Shown here piece by piece: positions 49,073-61,955 of a stretch of DNA of 64,000 nt (positions are counted from its first letter, which is position 1; each line of letters opens with the position of its first letter). The notes beneath the pieces were generated by a model, which saw only the letters and a list, made by a program, of their open reading frames with translations, was not told where the DNA came from and searched no databases. Position numbers and translations under genes: made by a program. The stretch is from assembly GCF_009914755.1 (NCBI RefSeq), contig NC_060927.1; one strand, given 5' to 3'. Origin of the DNA: the human T2T-CHM13v2.0 reference genome, Homo sapiens.

Positions 49073-51659
49073 TAACCTAATCCCTGCTTTGTTTTGCTGC
49101 TACGTATTAAGTAGTGGATTGAGATATAGTATAATAGAAAGTGTGTGTGTTTGGGTTAGGAGCATGTTGCTTTCAATAAGATGGTCAAGGAGGGTTTCTC
49201 TGAAAGGTAAGATCTGAAAGTCGGAGAGAAACCACACTTCCTATAGGTTTGGTGGGGTGTTTCAGTCACAGAGGCCTCTTCCAGCCCACACAGAATCTCT
49301 GTATAAATTGCAAAAAGACTCCCTCTCCAAAGAGGTGAATTTCAGGAGAGCTACCTGGCTTGGCAAGCAAAGCTAGGGCTATATTTTCATCCCCTTTGGT
49401 TGAGCTGTCCTGGTTAAGGTCACAGACGGGGAAATCTCATGATTGTTGTGAGAACTATCAGAGGGCCATCATGGCTTGCAAGCATAATCACTAGGAGTGA
49501 TTATTTATATCACAGAATCATCCATTATATCATAAAAATCAATCCTAAGGGCACATAAAGATTAATCCTAAGGGCACTATGAACATCTAAGTTTGTTAGA
49601 CTAAGTATGTGTCACAGCCTGAGTAGGAGGCATTTACATTTAAAATGTTAAGAATCACTGCCCAGTAATCAATCAGCAGTAAAATCAAATAGTCTTTGAA
49701 TTAAAATTGTACATTCATGAGAAAATACAATTTTTAAAGGTTTACATTTGTTGCTTTAAAACTGTATCTGTGAGGTAAGGTGAATCACGACTCAAGTCAA
49801 GGCAAGACAGAAAACTATTTTTGTGAATGAGGCACTCAAGAAAGCAAAATGAAATGGGAAGAAAATCAACTTTGTAATAGGGTTCGTAAGATGATGAGAG
49901 CCACCTCTGAATTCATCCTGCATCTGGAAAATGGAATAGGGTAAGTTCATGAGGTTGGGTCACAGCTCATCCATTCTGTGAAATGTCCAGAATCATCATT
50001 GTCCCTAAGCACTAAGCAGAACCTGCTGGTTCTCCCTTGTATTTTAGAAATGTTTGTCATTGCATCATACTAGCAGCTTAAGAAAAGGATTAAAGGGAAG
50101 GCTAAAATTTTATGATCTTTGTGGAAGAGCCCCAAATCTTGGTTCATGAGTTCATGGGGGATTCTGAGATTGTGTTAATGGCTCCTGTTTCATGAAAGAA
50201 ACAGACAGGAGAGAAACCAAGAGAACAAACATTAAGAGAGATGAGGGAGTTGAAGTTGAGCATTCTGCAGTGACTAAGCAAGCAGCTGGTGTGTGGCTGG
50301 ACAGCTTGAATTCTCTGCGGGTAGATTGGATATTTGGATGGAAGGGCATGAGTTGCTTGGCTTGGGCTTTCATTGTGAGCAGCAGGTGTTATAATGGGCA
50401 GCCTGGATACTTTTTTTGAGAGGCTGGAGAGGGAACCAGACTTTTGCCATTGCTACTTTTGTAGCAAAATATTTTTTGCTATTGTTTCTAGTACAACCAT
50501 TCTGAATTTCATCTGATGGGGTTGGACAGAATTAAACCATTTGACAAAATTGGGCAGAATTGGGTATTTTAGGAGGGTCACGTTTGCATATTTGAACACT
50601 TGGACTCCATTTCATCTTATAGCCAGAGGCTTTAAAAAGAGCAGCATTCTTTTCAAAGTACTATCATATAAAAATGTCTTCATGGTTTTTGCTTTAAGAG
50701 AGGGAGAACCTATGCTTACCTGTATTGTTACCACTACTGTTGGCAGATTTTGCAGTAGAATCTATTGCTATTGTGGAAAGTGTTTTGCTACTGAGGGTAT
50801 CTATTGCTTTATTATATTTACCTGTTTTCTTGCAATCCACACACACTAACACTAGCTCCAAATTGTATAAAACAAAAAATCCAACAGTTTCAAAGTGAAA
50901 TTCAAAAAAGGAAAGATGGAAGTCTCTCCCACCACTCCTCTTTCCCCCAGGAGGCTAGTTGTCCACATGGTGACCTCTGCTGAGACACACATTAAGTACT
51001 TCAAAGTCCAGCTGGCTTTCTGTGGGATGCACAAGAAGGTTCTTGCACATCTCACTCTTGTTGTCTGTAAATGACTGTTTTACTGCACTGACATTTCCTC
51101 CCAGAATCAGGTGGAAGGGGTTTTCCTATTCTGCCTGCACCCTTTTGAAAAGAATCACTTTGCAATTATTGGTGCAGTTGCCCATCTACAGTGTGAGCCA
51201 GGCAAACCAGCAGAGCATTGCTTGAGCATGAGGATGGAATGTCTCACTGGTTGGGTAATGGTGACAATCTGGGAACAGACAGTGACTTATGTTGATCAGG
51301 ATCTCTCCTGCCCAAACTGATGGCTGGGAAGCAGGCCCCTTGGCCCACAGAGAGGACAGCATGTTCTCTCTCTGGCTGGCTGCAAGGTGGGAAGCATTGC
51401 TAATCTGAGTAATGTGAGCCTGTTAATCTTGGAATTATCTAAGAAAAGGCAATTGCCTGGCACTTCCTCAGCACACAAAGCAGGAGCTGCTATCACTACT
51501 GCCATCAACAAGGTCTAATCGGACAGAGGCTTCAAAACAGCTGAATGATGTACACACAGATATCTGCTGGTCCCAGAGATGCCCACTCTCTGAGTTCCAG
51601 ATGAAAGTGGAAATGCACAGAAACGCATGAAGGCTTCTGGGCTGATTAAAAACTCAACA

Positions 51660-51833
51660 CAAGTTGTTCTCACACTTTTTGGAGAGATTGTTAAAAACAC
51701 ATATTCCCAGGTGCTTCTATATGAATTTTGAATTAGTAGGGTCTGGATCAGGGTCTGAGCCTTTGCTTTTCCAACAGACTCCCGGGAGAAGCTGATGCTG
51801 TAGGTCCAGGGACCACATGTTGAGTTATACTGC
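51660..51833. mobile_element. MER5A/B hAT MITE
   Basis: TTGTTAAAAACACATATTCC...GCTGATGCTGTAGGTCCAGGGACCACATGTTGAG. Confidence 0.75.
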
Positions 51834-52801
51834 TCTATATTCTTAGAGGCAGAGGGCTTGGTTTTCTGGGAAATTTTTGCTCTGCATCTAATGGTTTGGA
51901 ACCTCTGGAATTTATGACTATTGGTCTTTGAGTTCTGATTGACCTACAGCTTCACAAATGGCCCGAATATTATTAGATTCAAAGTCAAATGAATTTGATG
52001 AAAACACATCAATTAGGCACCTCTATTGTTCTTTCATGACAAGACTTGTCCAGCCTAGCAAGAGGAACCATTATTAGGGGTAGAGAAAGGAAAAGAGAGA
52101 GAGAAAAGGGTAAAAGTATGTAGCTGTATATGTATTTTGTTGTTGTTTTATACAAACAAAGTGGAGTTTTAAAAAGTTCTCTCTCAGCTTCTTGGAGGAG
52201 GATGTTGGTTTAAACAAAAGTAACGAGAGAACCCTATCCAGACCCCTGAGGTGCTAAAGAGAACCCACTTTGCTACACACTCTATGAATGTTGGTGATTT
52301 TGAGATGATCCCTTGATATTGAAAACAGAGGTGTGCATTGATTCCTGCTGTGACCAGGCTGCTGGAACATTTGACTGACTCAATAATAATTATCCCCGTA
52401 GTGTTCTCAGGTAACTATTGTGGAACTGCTGGCTCCACACTCAGTTCGCTCTCTCCCAATTAGTTTTACTCTCAACACTATTTAACTGATTTTTAAAGAA
52501 ATACATTTGTAACCAAAATAAAATATTAATGACCAATGTTATATATGTAACTACTGTACAATCCAGACAAATAATCATCTCTAGTCAAGCAGGGTTTCTA
52601 AAGGTATGTAATAAGGTTGTTAGATGAGTAAATAAGTTTGATTGTGCTTTTAAGCTATGCAAGCAGAGAAAAAAATGTAACAGACTCTTATCTTGTCTGA
52701 ATCTGCATCACTTAACACATTTCTTTGTCTACCTAAATTGTATGTGTGTGTTTTCAAATCTCACAACAAATCAAGGGAAGTTTGATTTGTTCAAATATTA
52801 T

Positions 52802-53165
52802 TGTATTAGTCAGAATAGTTTCAATAATTTTGCAGCAACAAATGGCCATCAAATCTCTGTGACTCACACTATATGCCCAACATCAGTCAGCTCTGCTTGT
52901 TATAGTCATGCAGGGACCATGTTAATGGACAGTCCGTTTTGATGCATGCTGTTTGTCCTGATTGGAAAGGTAGAGAAAGGGCAAGGTGCACACTAGCAAT
53001 TAAATGATTGAGCCCAAATGTGATACATGTCACTTCTGACCACAATCAACAAGCCCCCTGACTGTCGAGGAAGTAGTCATAACCTTGTCTGTCTTCAAAG
53101 AGATAGTGAAGCACAGCCTCTCATGAGGGAAACTGGATATTGGTGAACAGTGGGAGGGTCTGCCT
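52802..53165 (-). mobile_element. MLT1J-like MaLR LTR
   Basis: TGTATTAGTCAGAATAG...GTGATACATGTCACTTCTG...GGATATTGGTGAACAG. Confidence 0.7.
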
Positions 53166-53399
53166 TAGGTAGAGTCTGCACAACAGTTTGAATATGAAAG
53201 GAAAGAACTTAGGAAATTTTATTTGTCTGCAAACTACAAATGCATGTCAGTTTGTGGCATGAATCCAGGCTTGACTAGAGCCTTCTTAGAGAAGGTCAGA
53301 TCTCCTTTTGAAAAATGGTGTAATTAACATTTATATCAATCACTTTAAGATAAAAGATTTAGACCACCAGGTTAAACTTCCTGTGCTATTAGTCTGCAA

Positions 53400-53560
53400 G
53401 ATGTAGTGAAAAGTGCACGGCCTGGGAATGAGACCAGGATTCTAGCCTTGGATCTACTGCTCTTTAGAGAAATTGCCTTACCATCTCTGTAGATGAAGTG
53501 GTCAGACAGACAGAATGATCTGTTAGCTTCCTTTCAGTTCCAAGATTCTGTGATTCTATG
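53400..53560 (+). mobile_element. MIR3-like SINE
   Basis: Tail CCTTTCAGTTCCAAGATTCTGTGATTCTATGA. Confidence 0.65.
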
Positions 53561-54681
53561 AATTATAATCTTCACTTAGATTTATGTAATATTGACCAGA
53601 ATGTGGTGTGGTGGAAAAAAAGATACTAGAAACTATTAATAATAGTGCTGGCCTTATAATGGAGCATACATAAGTCATGTAATGAGCTCCCTTTAATATC
53701 ACACATATATTCGGTTGGTGCCAGAGTTGAGTTATCATTCTCAAACCATCTAAAATGCCAAGATTACAGTCTGGTTGGAAGTCTCTTCTGCCTGCTGGGA
53801 GGGAGCAGAGCAGTAATGATTAATTGTAAAGGACAGGGACTCTGGCTTTTCACCTGCCTGGTCTCTGTAGCTTTCAGGGTCCTGTCTGTTTGGATCGATG
53901 GTTTGCTAATTACAAACTGTCTTTGGAAGGCTCCACCATACTCTCTGGTGATTCATGTTTTTGCATTGATTTTCACATAAGCTAAGATGCAGTTGCACCA
54001 TTTAAGCACTTGGAAATTGGTCATCAATGAACTATTTTGGACTTAATAGATTTGATAACACTCAAAGACTCTTTATGTTTTGATTTTTAGATTATACTAC
54101 CTAATATATGTCCTATTTATCTGCTTTTTAGAAGGACTCTAGTAAGGATAGGCTCTGATTTATGGATCGGCCTCTGTAGGCAGCCTGAAATGGAATAAAG
54201 TCTAAAATTTACTTCAGTATTCCCCAGGCTACTTATTCAGTGAATGTGTACCTCATTTAGACCTGAAATTTTTCCTGCTACTGAGGTGATCTTCATTTTA
54301 AATGAGGAGTTATTTTCTTCTGCACCATGATTGGATCTCAATTACCAAATTCTAGGTTTAGAGCCACATCCAGTCCTTTGGATCATAAGTACTAATTCAA
54401 GAAAAATTATACTTATGAGATTGTCTGGCAGATACCTGGAATGAGTTAGCTAAACAGTGGTTTTATAATTTTTGAAATACTAGAAAACAATATGTACGTG
54501 ATTAAAGTGGTCTGCGATTTAGCCAATGTGAGTTTCCTGCCTTCCTTTCCTTCAAGCTTCACAGCCTTCTTCTCATCTTCCCAGCCTGTCCCTAAGGCAA
54601 CTCAGTGGCATGCTAAGGCACGAAAGAGCACATTTAGGGACATCTCCAGAAACAATGGGCTTGGAGCTTTGGAACCGCACT

Positions 54682-54915
54682 TTAGTGTATTGGTCAAAAG
54701 CATGGACTTTGGAGGCCCTATCTTGAGACCTAGATCCACTTTGAAGCCTTCCATTTTTTATTTCTGTTGTGCCTACCCTCTTTAATCCCGCTTCCTTATA
54801 TGCAAAATCAAGATAATTATACCTAACTTAAAGAGCCCTCCTGAGGAGAAAATGAGAGTAAGGAAATTAGTAAGATGCTTTGGCATGTAGTAAACACACA
54901 GTAAATGTTAGCTTT
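54682..54915 (+). mobile_element. MIR SINE
   Basis: GGTCAAAAGCATGGACTTTGGAG...GGCATGTAGTAAACACACAGTAAATGTTAGC. Confidence 0.75.
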
Positions 54916-55514
54916 TCCTCCTCCTCTTAATAAGCTACATGCCTTACTTAGGAGTGCAAATTATGATAAATTAATAGAAAAATTGATTCTGCCTTTGATC
55001 AGTCATTGATGTGATGGTATCTGGTTTTATATCCTAATTTTTAAAAATAATTCATATGCAAAAGAAAAGAATCAGAACAAAAAAAAACCAGATATAACAA
55101 ATGGAAGAACATTATTTTATTCCTTCTGAATGTAACTTAAATGTCACTTACCTGGGAATTTCCAAATCTTCCAGTGTTGTTAGGTCACTCTTTCTTGGAT
55201 GTTTAAGTAAAAATAAAAATGGTTTGAACTCATCCCATGAATATTCAAGCCCCCATAGGGATTCTCAGGCTCTGATCACGTTTCCTAAATAATTCCTATT
55301 TTCTGCTCCTACTGAATCTTCCAAAAACGTCGTGTCTCTCTTCCTGTGGTTCTCTCCTCTCTATTTAGAATTAACCCAAACTTCTTATCCTGGCTATCTC
55401 TAAGGCATTACTGTGAAAAGTGGATGTGTGAAGGGATGAAGATAGTGCAATATAGCAATCAACTTAAAACTATGTTCAACTCATCCTTATTCCTACATGT
55501 CATTACCTAGCCCC

Positions 55515-55898
55515 TATACTGGTTAGTTTAACATGTCAATTTGGCTAGGCTACAGTACCCAGGTATGCAGTCAAATACTAGATATTGCTGTTCAGATATT
55601 TTGTAGATGTGGTTAACTTCTATAATAATTGACTTTAAATAAAGGAGATTTTCCTCCATTACACGGATGGGCCTCAACCCCTCAGTAGAAAGGTGTTAAT
55701 AGCAGAACTGAGGTTTCCCTGAGGAAGAAGAGATTCTGCCTCAAGACTGCAACATCAGCTCTTGCCTGGGAGTACAAATTTGCCCACCTGAGCCCTATCA
55801 TGTAATTGTATAAGCCAGTTCCTTGAAATAAATCTGTCCATTATCTATCTATCTATTCTACTAGTTTTGTTTCTCAAAGAACCCTAACTCCTGATACA
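55515..55898 (+). mobile_element. MLT2D-like ERVL solo LTR
   Basis: TGTCAATTTGGCTAGGCTACAGTACCCAG...GAGGAAGAAGAGATTCTGCCTCAAGACTGC...AATAAATC...GATACA. Confidence 0.88.
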
Positions 55899-56879
55899 GA
55901 CCTTTTCCACACTTGGAATTTCTCAACCATCTTATTTTCTCTAATAAAGTAGATTTAAAGGGTGAAAAACTGATAGCAATAATTCATTACACTTATTGTT
56001 ATAAACAATACTGGCTGATATTTAATCAGCACTAATATGTGTCAGGCAGCCATTCCTATACTCTATTCAACCACCTCTCTGTAGGCTCCTAATACATCGA
56101 GCCCAGGTGAATTTTAACCATATCATATAATTTTGAAGGGACCTTCATCAGGATCCTCTACTCCTGACAAAAAATCCCTAAGTGGACTGCGCCAGCACCA
56201 GAAACTCTACACATTCCTTTGGGCTAAAGTTTTTGTTATAGAGAATTCTTTGCTTGAAAGAAATGTCCTAGGAGAAAAAGGTGATAATAATTTAGCTGCT
56301 AGGAGACCCAATAAAATATCAGCATTTTCCTGACAGATAAGCAAAAAACAACAATGGCCTAAATTTTTAATAAGTACAGTCTTGAGAATTATCCTCAGGG
56401 AGCAGACCTGGATGTAGTTCCTCAGTGGGGGGCCACTGGCACCTGCAGGATGTGGTAGAAAGAAGAGGGAGAAGAAAGGTGGGAGACTGCCAAAGGAAGT
56501 GTCTACTCCTTTACACTTCAATTGGTTCCAATCACACCTGCTCCCTTTAGGGGAAGCCTTTCCACTAAATGATGATTGTGATGACTTGGCAGGCAGACTG
56601 AATTTGGATGTAGGTAGATTATCAAAAAGATATTTTTTGCCTAATAACAAGACCCTTTTCTGAACTGCAAAATATGTTCTCTGCTCCTTTCTTTTCCAGG
56701 GTCTCATAGGAAGGAAAGGGTGATTATCTTGTAGTCTACTCTTGGTTTCTCCACTTGTTCCTTTAACTTCATCATGTTCTCTTGCTTTCTCAAGAACTTT
56801 GTTCCATCTGTATTTATTCTCTCTGTCTTTGTCCCAATCTTGAGTCTTTCTGCTCTAGTGTACCGAAGCCTCCTCCAAC

Positions 56880-57985
56880 TTGAAAAAAAACTTTCCCACA
56901 TCCTGTTACCTCCTCTCTTAGCTCACTATAAAGTGTCTATATTTCTGTCTTGATTTCTTCACTGTTCTTAACTCAAAGCGATGTGATTTCTGTACAATTC
57001 ATTGTATTAGTACTCTACAACACTTTCAATCAGTTGTGAAAAGCAAGTCTTTTTTTTAGTTCTTGTCTTCCAGGACCTCTTTCTAGTACTCAGTACTACT
57101 GGCCAGAATACATGACACCATTTCTCATTTTGACTTTCTTAACACTTGCTGATTCTTAAAAATGTCCCCTTTACTGGTTGCATTTTCTCTTCCAATCCCC
57201 TAAATGTTGATTTACTCAAAAGTTTAGCTCTTACTTTTCTGTAATAGTATTCAGTCAAGATTTTTACCCTCCCACAAGATATTTTTCTGTTCCTTCTATA
57301 TACATAAGACTCTTACTATTGATCCAAACCATTCTCCTGAATCTATTTCTACAAAAATCTCTGGCTACCTGCTAGTCATTTCCATCTGGAAGCTTTTGTA
57401 TCCTCTCATTTTTAGAATATTTGCAAACAAAGGGCTTATCCACATTCAAAAACTAGCGCTTCTCTCTCAAATATCCTCATTTTTTTCCCCTAGTCACTGG
57501 GGTTACAAACTTTGGAGTCCCTTTATCTTTACTCACAAAATCTTATTGCACCTTCGTGAAGATGTTTGCAGTAGATTCTTTTAATTCACTTCCCTATTAC
57601 CATCCTATCTCCAGGCTTCAGCATTCAGATCTGGATTATAGTCCTCCCCCCATCCTTCACCTCCACATTGCAATGATCTGTAATCTGGAATGTGACATTT
57701 TTTAGCTCCTTTGAAATGCTTTCCTCCTGTTCTCTTCTCCTACTCTTCCTTTGACACCCACCTCAAATTTCGACACCTATTTGTTTGTTTCAGTTGCCAG
57801 TAAATCCCATCTTTTCTGAATTTCTGAAACATTTTAAATCACAAATATATCTTTATTTAAATATGTTTATGTCAATGTCCTCCTGTCTTGACGAACAGAC
57901 CTGAAACTATTTGGAAGTCAGGGACTAGTTATTCTAAATCTTATATCTCCAATATTTAAATGAAAGTTTGTTGTTGTTAATGCTA
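56880..57985 (+). mobile_element. Degenerate L2 LINE
   Basis: Scattered L2 motifs (CCCCTAAATGTTG, CATTTCCATCTGGA, AACTTTGGAGTC, GTCAGGGACT). Confidence 0.55.
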
Positions 57986-58034
57986 AGAGTCTTCAATAGT
58001 TTTATTTCTACCACAAAAATGAAGCAGTATTCCG

Positions 58035-58300
58035 TAGTATTAATAGTTAATGGCAGAAGCGTCAGCCTTGGTTTGCACTTCAACTCTGCCAAGTACTAGC
58101 TGTGTGACCTTGGCCACATTGTTTCAACTTGCTAAGCTGTACCTGAAAAAATGTAGATAATAATAGTACCTGCTTCAAATGTTTATAAGAATGAAAAATA
58201 TTTTATATATATATATATGTAATATATATACATAAAGTATATATACATGTTTGGCATACTGCCTGACACATAGTAAGGAGAAAGGAAATGTCAGATATTA
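58035..58300 (+). mobile_element. MIR SINE containing an (AT)n-rich expansion
   Basis: TACTAGCTGTGTGACCTTGG...ATAATAATAGTACCT...TGCCTGACACATAGTAAG. Confidence 0.88.
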
Positions 58301-59292
58301 CATAGTGGGTACTCAATACATATCTGATGAAGGACTGAGTTAATACCACACTGCTGAATTAGAAAATTTTATACTTTTATAATTTTAACACATTTTTCAA
58401 GTCCTATTTCTGTATTTGTTTATCAAAACCTGAAAGACTCAAATGAATTAAATGTTATTACTGAATTGTTTTTTACCAGGCTTGGGCTGGGAAAAGTTAG
58501 CAATATTTATTAAGTGACTGTTGAGTTTACAGAGCTGTAGGAAGCTGATAGTGCCTTTGGGTATAGATTAGACTGACTTCATATTTCAGTAGAAAAGGCA
58601 GATAGAAAAATTTCATTTTTGACTCATTAATAATTAGCTATCTGATTTAAAATATGTTGGTTTACCTCAGCTAGTTTTTTTAGCCTTTCTAAAAGGTAGT
58701 AAGAATTAAGTTAAAAATTAATATATTTAAGTATTATATTCTGTAAACAAAAATGCTATATAATAAATACCTTTACTTGAATATTTTAAATGATTTCTGT
58801 ATAATTTTTAATTAACCTTAATTATTTTTACTAATTTCATTATTTGGAAAATATTTTTTCTTCTGTTTCCTAAAAATGCTGGTCTTTCATTTACTTGGAG
58901 CCTTTTTTTCTGGATAGTGAAATATGAATGTATTAATTACTTACTATGTGTCAGCAACTATGCAAGGCATACACAAATACATACGCACATAGGCAATGTA
59001 ATAGTGTTTAATAAAGTATTACTAAAGTGCTAAGTGAACACAGAAAAAAGGAGTAATTAATTTTTCCCTTTGAGGGTGATGGCAAAACTATGAATGAAGA
59101 TTGGACTTTTTTTTTTTTTTTTCTGAGCCTTGGAGGTAAAGTAAAAGTTTGCCAGTACACATGTGGGTGGGTATTCTTGGCAGTAGTAACAACATAAGCA
59201 AAAGCAGACTGGCTTGAGAGTGCTATTGTATTTATAAAATCATGGATACCCTGTTATGGTTATAACATTGATGTGTGTATGTGTGTCAGAGG

Positions 59293-59523
59293 CAGTGGTT
59301 TGCTAGTGTCAGTTCACTCGTGAGAACCAACTGTGCGTATCTCTTCCTGTCTGCATTCACTGGTATCTTATAGGTAGCTTGAAATCTGCCATTGTGGGGG
59401 TACTTGTACCCCCACAGTTGGCAAACACAACAAATCTGGGTGTTGATGGTGGTGGTGATGGTAGTTGGTTTCTTCCCCCCCCTTCAGAAAGCTGATCGCT
59501 AAAGATGCATGAGCACACCTCTT
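59293..59523 (+). mobile_element. MER63A hAT-Blackjack MITE
   Basis: CAGTGGTTTGCT...GGTAGCTTGAAATCTGCCAT...GGCAAACACAACAAATC...AGCACACC. Confidence 0.8.
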
Positions 59524-60344
59524 GTAGGAAGTAGCAGTTTGACAAGGTTAGTCTGAAAGGATAAATAACATGAGATTGTGAATGGCTTGGTAAGATAAAC
59601 TAAGGAGTTTGCATGTTAAATAAGTTCCATTTATGACTTATACTGATATGTGACATTTTGTGGGCAAAATCTCCAAAGAAAATTGAAATTTTGCAAAGTG
59701 GTAACACAAATATATCTAAACAGAAACTTGATTTTGAGGACAAATAATTATAAACTGTGTGAGTAGATTAGCATTGGCAATGCTTAGAGTAAGGAGTAGA
59801 AACATTTGGAAAATACTTGGTGGTCCTGTCAGCCAAAATAAAATGTTCTCTGCAGTTGTAAGAATTCTAAGAGTCATTTCTGCTATGTAAACATTTGTTG
59901 GGAATGCTAACATTTCCTCTTGACTTCATCTTTTAGGAAATAACAAGCAAATACTAAACCTATACAATTATTTATTTAATACCCTTTCTCTTTGTGTTTC
60001 TTTTAAAGAAAAAAATGACCAGTGAAGACTTTAATGTGTAATAAGGAAGTAGACTAAAGGGTAGAAGTGGCAAATTAGGTAACTTCCTTTAAATAGATGA
60101 TCAATCACAATTATGTGGGGCTTTGCTGTTTTTGAAATGAAATAGTCAATGAGAGCAAGCTAATTACTCAACTAATCTTAACTCTGTTTCAACTATATGA
60201 CACAACCTGAAAGAAATCAAAGAAGTAAGCAGAAGAATCCTAAAATTCCTCTACAGGAGAGATTCAAGCCTGTACATGTTTATATTGATTTTTGTTAATA
60301 GATAATATCTTCCAAAGCCTAGGTTACAGTAAACAGTTTGTCAA

Positions 60345-60575
60345 TAAGGACAACTGCACTAATTGAGTGCTTATTATATGCCAGAACTGTTCTACAAGCT
60401 TTACATGGGTTCTCTTGTTTGATATTCTCAACAACTCTCTACTGTAGGTTATTTGTATTATCTCTATTTTACCAAGGAAGTAGAAGCACAATGTCAAAGA
60501 AAGTAGTATGTGACAGAGCTAAGATTCACATCCAGGTGGTCTACAGCCACAGCAGCTGCCCTTGTAACTACCATC
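60345..60575 (-). mobile_element. MIR SINE
   Basis: ATTGAGTGCTTATTATATGCCAGAACTGTTCTA... Confidence 0.75.
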
Positions 60576-60583
60576 GTATAATA

Positions 60584-60773
60584 CAGTGGTTTTTAAAATG
60601 TGGGCCTGGGAGCAGCAGCAGCAGCAGCACTGCCTGGGAACTTGTTAGAAAAGCAGGTTTCAAGGACCCTCTGCAGGACTGCTGAATCAGATAATATGGG
60701 ATAAGGCCCACAGTCTGGGTTTGAATAAGCCTGCCCGGTGATTCTGATACATGCTAAAGTTTGAGAACTGCTA
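60584..60773 (+). mobile_element. MER5A with internal (AGC)6
   Basis: CAGTGGTTTTTAAAATGTGG...GGGAACTTGTTAGAAA...GCTAAAGTTTGAGAACTG. Confidence 0.88.
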
Positions 60774-61294
60774 ACCTGTACTACACGATCTTTACAGTCA
60801 GGTCTAAGAATATCCAATATCCTAATGAAAATGATCTTATAACATTGAACAACATGCAGATGCATGTTGCAACCAATAGAGTGAGCAGGAAAGCCTTCAT
60901 GTATGTTGGAAAAGGAAGAACTGTCAGTTTATTCTGTTTCCAGTATGACTATGCACATCACCTTGCACAGTCAGAAAAAATAAATTGTATTCTGAAGCAA
61001 ATTAAAACAGGGTCACACCGATGAGTAAAATCTCCAATATAATAAAACCTTTACATAAGCCTGGGATCCCTAAATAAATCATTTGATAACTTACCTGCTT
61101 TAGCTATGTTGATGTCTGAAGATACGTTATAACCTTCCCAAGTATGATAATCATCTGAGAAAGTTGTTGTCTTTTCCACCATGATTAGAATGAAATAAAT
61201 TTGTTGCATTGGTAATTTTGTCCGCATGTGTGCTTTTAAAAATAGTTGTTGTGTATTTTATTTGATGACCCAGGCCTTCTGAAATCTGATTCTG

Positions 61295-61844
61295 ATTCTG
61301 CTCCATTTATCTACTGCTTTATAATAAACGCCCCAAAACTTAGCAGTTTAAACAATGTATTATTGTCTTTCATCATACCACTGGTGGACCAGGATTAACT
61401 CGGAGACTCTCACTTGTGGTCTCTCATACAGCTGTACTCAGGTGATGGCTGGAAAGGAAGTCACTGGAAGGTGTGACAGGGCTGGAGGACCACAATGGCT
61501 CAATTACATGGATGATATTTGATCATGGATGTAACCTGAGAGCTCATTGGCAGCTGTTGACCAGAGCTCCTATACATGGTCTCTCTTTGTGGCTTAGATT
61601 TCTCCCATTATGGTATATGGCTGACAAGAGGGACGTGTCAAAAGCAAGTTTTTAAGGCACCTCCATGGAAGCAGAAAGGCTTCTAATAATCTACTTTCAG
61701 AAGCCCCAGAACACAATTTTTGCTACACTAAGGCCAGCTCAGACTCAAGGGGATAGGAACTAAACTCAATCTCTTGATGTGAGGAACAGCATTCATGTAA
61801 AGTAAGGAAAGGAATAAATGAGGCCTTCTTTGGAGACTACCATA
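61295..61844 (-). mobile_element. MLT1H-like MaLR LTR
   Basis: CCCCAAAACTTAGCAGTTTAAACAA...AAGGCCAGCTCAGACTCAAGGG...TTTGGAGACTACCATA. Confidence 0.8.
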
Positions 61845-61955
61845 TGCTCTCTTGAACTCTTTAAAGTAAGCATTTTCTTATGCATCTTTTTCTCAGTTTT
61901 CTTTTGACAATATAATAATTTAGTTAAGTCTTAAAGTTAAGGAAGGGTTTGCCTT

